From: Azolla caroliniana
Taxonomy: Eukaryota; Plantae; Polypodiophyta
Reading direction: 5' to 3'
Length of the DNA stretch: 64,000 nucleotides
Assembly: GCA_043228905.1 (NCBI GenBank)
Contig: JBHGNT010000004.1
Span: forward strand, 8,928,001 to 8,992,000
The notes under the pieces: generated by a model
The model's input: only the letters and a program-made list of their open reading frames with translations
Told to the model about the DNA's origin: nothing
Database searches by the model: none
In this document: positions 59,246 to 64,000 of the stretch, one piece after another
Layout: the number at the start of each line of letters is the position of its first letter
Position numbering within the stretch: the first letter of the stretch is position 1
Made by a program: the position numbers and the translations under genes

Positions 59246-62200
59246 TGAAAAACAATAGCATGTGGAAGCAATAGAAAACCGAACACAGAAATGCAGGTTT
59301 AATGAAGAGCTTGAATATACACAGTACGCGGGAGAGACAAAGAGAGAGAGAGAGTGCACATAAAAACTCAATTCAAAAATAATACTCAATCTGTACATAG
59401 GATGTGCTCAGTGAGCACTTTTATACAAGTCCATACGGACTGACAAAAGTACTGACACGTACTTCAATGCTCATAAGTGATCTCTACACTAACTCCCAAA
59501 ATATATTCCTACGCGGAATATCTTTCCAACGGCCTTGCGGTTTACACACTACTACGACTTACGTTATGCGTACTATTTTACGCACCCAGTCTACGCATTG
59601 GGTCATGCACAGTGTTACACACCCAATGTTGAGCTTGTCACTCAACAATCCCCCTCAAGCTCAACTTGAGGTTCCGTCCGCTCTTCCGGATCTACGCTCC
59701 AGTTCCTTTTGGCTTCACGCCTTGCTTGCGCTCCTCAACCTGTTCGATTCCGCGCGCCTCGACCCTTCCGGTCGGCTTGTCTGCTCACACGGCCCTTCTC
59801 AGCTTCCTTGTTGTTGCGGTGTTGGCGCCTCTTCTGTTGCCTTCTCTTCCGCTTGGCCCTTGGTTGATTCAACGTATCCGAACCGGCTCGGCTTCCTCCG
59901 ATCGGTTTTCGCTCTCATCGGAGTTGGTTGTCTCCAACTCGTCTTCAGTCTTCTCGCCCTTGATGGCTTTGTCTCCCCCACGCTTGGTTGGCTTTGGCTC
60001 TTTCTTTTGACTGCTCCCCTTATGTCCGCTTTCGGAATCTTCCACGGATCCGCCCTCGGCTTCTTCAGCCGATCCGAAATCGAATTCGTCATCCGAATCG
60101 GCGTCACAGTCTTCTCGAACTTCTCTCCTCCTTCCATGGTCATTCGGGACGTCTCTCCCCCTCAAGTTCAGCACATCGAGGTGACGCAACCCAAGCGCAC
60201 CATAGAATTGTTGCAACTTGTCCAGACCAAGAGGCTTGGTGAAGATGTCAGTGGTTTGCCGATCCGTCGGAACATACTGAAGTTCGACTTCACCGGAGAG
60301 GACATGCTCACAGACGAAATGGTAGTGCACCTCAATGTGCTTAGTCCGGGCATGGAAGACGGGGTTCTTTGCTAGCTGGATGCTACTGAGGTTGTCGTAG
60401 TAGATTTTCGTTAGATCGGATACCTCCACCTGCAGATCCTTAAGTAGCCGCTTCAACCATATGGCTTCACATGTCGCGATAGCCGCTCCTCTATACTCGG
60501 CTTTGGTGCTCAACAGCACAACTGTCGGCTGCTTCTTGCTACTCCACGCGATCGCGGCACTCCCAAGAGAGAACGCAAAACCGGACGTGGATCGGCGATC
60601 GGCGAAGTTGCCGGCCCAATCGGCATCGGTGTAGCCGACCAACTGCGGGGTTGTACCAGTCCGATATAGTAACCCCCGGTCCTTAGTGCCGCTTACGTAC
60701 CACAGTACGCATTGCGCACACTGAAGGTGCTCCTCGGTAGGTCGTGCCATGAACTGACTAATCACCCCGACCGGGTAGTTGAGATCTGGTCAGGTGATGG
60801 TCAAGTATATAAGGCTTTCGACTATTTTTCGGAACCTCGTCGAGTCGCATACCTTTCCGGAATCGGGGCGAAGCTTGACGGTTCTATCCAGAGGAGTCGA
60901 GACAGACTTACAGTCGGCCATCCTGAATTTGAAGAGCATACTCAACACGTAATGTCGTTGGCTGATCAGTATGCCTTCGGGGGTGCGGATCACTTCGATC
61001 CCCAGGAAGTAATGAAGGTCCCCCAGATCCTTCATGTCGAATGATGTCGCAAGCTAGAGCTTCACGCGGTCGATTTCACTTAGGTCGGCACCGGTGATGA
61101 CCAAGTCATCAACATAAAGTAAAATACTAACCGGCCTGAGTCGACCTTTCCGGATGAACGGTGAGGAGTCCGATTTTGACGTCGCAAAGCCCATCCTACA
61201 CAATTGTTGTGTGATCTTCGCATTCCAGGCACGCGGGGCTTGCTTTAGTCCGTAAAGGAACTTCTTCAACCGGCACATCGCCGAAGTGTTCGTTCCGGAG
61301 TGAAATCCGGGGGCCTATACCATGTACACCTGTTCCTCAAGCTCACCTTGCAGGAACGCATTCTTTACATCCATCTGATGTAAGTGCCACCCCTTTGCCA
61401 CAGCTACCGCGAGCAAAACACAGACAGTCGTCATCTTCGCGACCGGTGCAAACGTCTCATCGTAGTCAATGTTGTGTTGTTGCGCATAACCTTTTGCTAC
61501 TAATCGGGCCTTGTATCGGTTGACCAAGCCGTCAATGTTGTACTTGACTTTGTACACCCACCTACATCCGATCGGCTTCACACCTTTCGGTGCGTCAACT
61601 AGGTCCTAGGTTTCATTTTCAGCCAATGCGCGCATCTCTTCCTCCATCGTGGCACGCCAATTCGCGTCTTTCGCCGCTTCTACGTAGCTCTCCAGCTCAC
61701 GCACTTCCGCTACACGTGTCATTCATGTACGCATAGTGATGCGCCATGTACTTGTTGTAACCGAACCGCACAACAAGGTTCTTCTGGCAGGTAGATCAGC
61801 GTAATTGCTCATTAGCCGATGTTGAGGCTTTCTTGGCCAACTCGAACTTCGCTCTCAAAGACCCGTCATCACTTCCCTCGGAGTCGAACTCACATCAATC
61901 CGACTCGTTCCTATCCGTGTCGTAATCTGACACCTTCTTCTTCCCTTTTTCCTTGCGTGTAAGCCGTCTCCACGGCTTCCTGCGCGGGGAATGCACGGCT
62001 GAGTCTCCACTACTCACCGGTTCTTCATCAGACTGGTCGAACCGACTCATTCGTCCATTCGGTCCGCTTAACCGAAACGAAATCGGACTCTCTTTGCGGG
62101 TCCCGATTTCAGGCTCAACCGGAGGCATCTCGGCCTCGCTGAGCTCATCGTCAGAACTCGGATTGGAGGTGAGGTCCGGAGTCGGAGGCAAGTACCAAGA

Positions 62201-64000
62201 CGCGGACTCGTCAGACACAACGTTGTGGCTCACGCGCGCTTGTTTGGTGCGAGGGTTATAACACTTACAACCCTTCTGCTCATCCGAATAGCCGACTAAG
62301 ATACACTTCTCGGCTTTCGCGTCCAACTTCCTCCGCTTCTCCTTCGGTACATGCACAAGTGTCGTAGATTCTGCTTCCTTCCGAAATACAGCTCATGTGC
62401 CGACACTTTGTCTCCAATTTGATTCTGGATGTAGACCGCGGTCTGAACCGCTTCAGCCCAGTTGGGCAAGCTCTTCTCCTCTAGCATTGCCCACGCTGCT
62501 TCCAGAACCGACCAATTTTTTCTTTCGGCCACACCGTTTTGCTCCGGCGTATATCTACAGCTAAATTCCCATCTGTTGTAGATACCCGTTGAATTGACCG
62601 GAAAAGTACTCTTTTCCGCCATCCAACCGCACGCACTTGATCTTTCTTCCTGTTTCCCTTTCGACGAAAATCTTGAGGTCCCGAAAACAGTCGAAGACTT
62701 CACTCTTTTTCTCAATGAGGTACATCCACGTGTGCCACGTATAGTCGTCGATGAAGGAGACGAAATATCGACTCCCGCCAAGACTAACGTTCTATGTCGG
62801 CCCCCATAGATCAGAATGTATCAAGTCGAGCTTGTTTCGGCTCCGGTTATGCTCGTTGGGGAAAGGAAGTCAGTGTTGCTTCCCTAGCTGGCAAGCTTCA
62901 CAAATTTGTCACTTCCGGCCACTAAATTTGGGCAATCCGAACACCACCTGTTTCGATTGCATGTCTTGAAGCCGTTGATAGTTGACGTGGCCTATCCGCG
63001 TGTGCCATAAGTCGATATCTGACTCGAATTTTTGTCCTTTCGTGAACATTGCGGTGCCACCATCACTAGAGTCGAGGATAAACATCCTCCCGTCTCTACA
63101 CCCTTGTGCAATAACTCAGCCTTCTTCCTCGATGAACCACCCGAGATGCGTGAACCGGACTTGCATCCCTTGATCGACGATCTGCCCGACCGACACCAGA
63201 TTCTTTGTGATTGTTGAGACGTGTAACACGTTCATGAGTTTCCCTTCCTGCCCGACATGGCTTAGGGGAACTTCACCGACATTTGCGATCAGATGCGGAG
63301 TGTCGTCTTCAGTTGAGACTACTCCCGGTTACATCGGTTTCTCAAGGTATGAGAACCACTCCTTGTGGCACGTCATGTGGTTTGACGCGCCGGAGTTGAC
63401 GTACCACACCTCATTCGACTTTGGGCTGATCTTCTTCATCGAGTTTGCTTCGTGTCTCGTCACGAAGGCTGACCCTTTTCCGGCTTTTCCAGATCCTTCG
63501 GCGTAGTGCGATCGCTGTCGATTTCCTTTGTCGGTCTGTCCGGAACTTGATCCGTATCCGGTCCTCTCCAAATCGGTGCGCTTCTTCCAGCACTCGCTCT
63601 CCTTGTGACCTTTCTTGCCACAGTACCAGCATTCCGCAATGGATTTCCCATACCGGTTGTCGTCGCCTCGACTCCCCCTGTTTCCGGAGGGTCCGGAATT
63701 GCTGTCGGCATCACTTCGGTGCCTTCTTCGTTGATCTCGTCGGCCGCCTTCATTGCGCACCGACTCGCCTCATCTGCCACGACCACGGGGCCTATCTCCC
63801 TCCATGTACAACATCTTGATGTCGGCATGCGTGCTCATCAACGCACCCACGTGGTTCTCCTCCATAAGGAGCATCGACTGTAGGTCGAAAAACGACGGCG
63901 TATTCTCCCGTGTACACACAACAGTTTGGAATGCTCTAAACTTCGACACTAGTCCCCCGACACAGATCTGCACCATCTCACCTTCCTTGACGTTCACATC
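59246..64000 (-). mobile_element. copia-E element (3' LTR 59246-59647; RH, RT, INT, PR, gag), continuing beyond the window
   Basis: PPT 59649-59660; YTDADWAG...[36 protein letters not shown]. Confidence 0.93.

Noticed and set aside
59404-60375. 323-aa plus-strand ORF as a novel gene
   Set aside because: It is the antisense shadow of the copia-E LTR, tail and RNase H, and is not conserved at 46827-47900.

Overview
This window is eukaryotic and most likely from a plant; the element lineages look like those of non-seed plants such as ferns (inference). It is heterochromatin-like DNA made almost entirely of nested, mostly decayed retrotransposons, and I find no intact host gene. Five LTR groups, given working labels here, can be resolved by termini, primer-binding site (PBS), polypurine tract (PPT) and target-site duplication (TSD). 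Copia-A has 39-40 bp repeats in the LTR and an iMet PBS. Copia-E has an iMet-type PBS and two PPTs. Gypsy-B and gypsy-D form a tRNA-Trp-primed lineage with 4-bp CG-centred TSDs; D is near full length at 8748-16575 and two related solo LTRs are present. Gypsy-C is a tRNA-Arg-primed non-chromovirus (Athila/Tat-related) group, including a ~24 kb nest at 35091-59245. There is also a gypsy-C-type non-autonomous element carrying an intronless EF-1alpha fragment, with a truncated LINE in one of its LTRs. Most notable observations: (1) two gypsy-C-type elements have no PPT and instead carry a tRNA-3'-end mimic (T-arm plus ...GCGTGCCA) exactly 2 nt before the 3' LTR; (2) all six LTR copies of the Trp-primed lineage carry an antisense tRNA-type box A/box B cassette with an invariant 32-nt spacing; (3) a conserved -1 frameshift heptamer with a pseudoknot lies between protease and RT; (4) a captured EF1A retrocopy; (5) two possible insertions at the same homologous gag site. 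tRNA assignments are from recalled plant tRNA sequences and need database confirmation.
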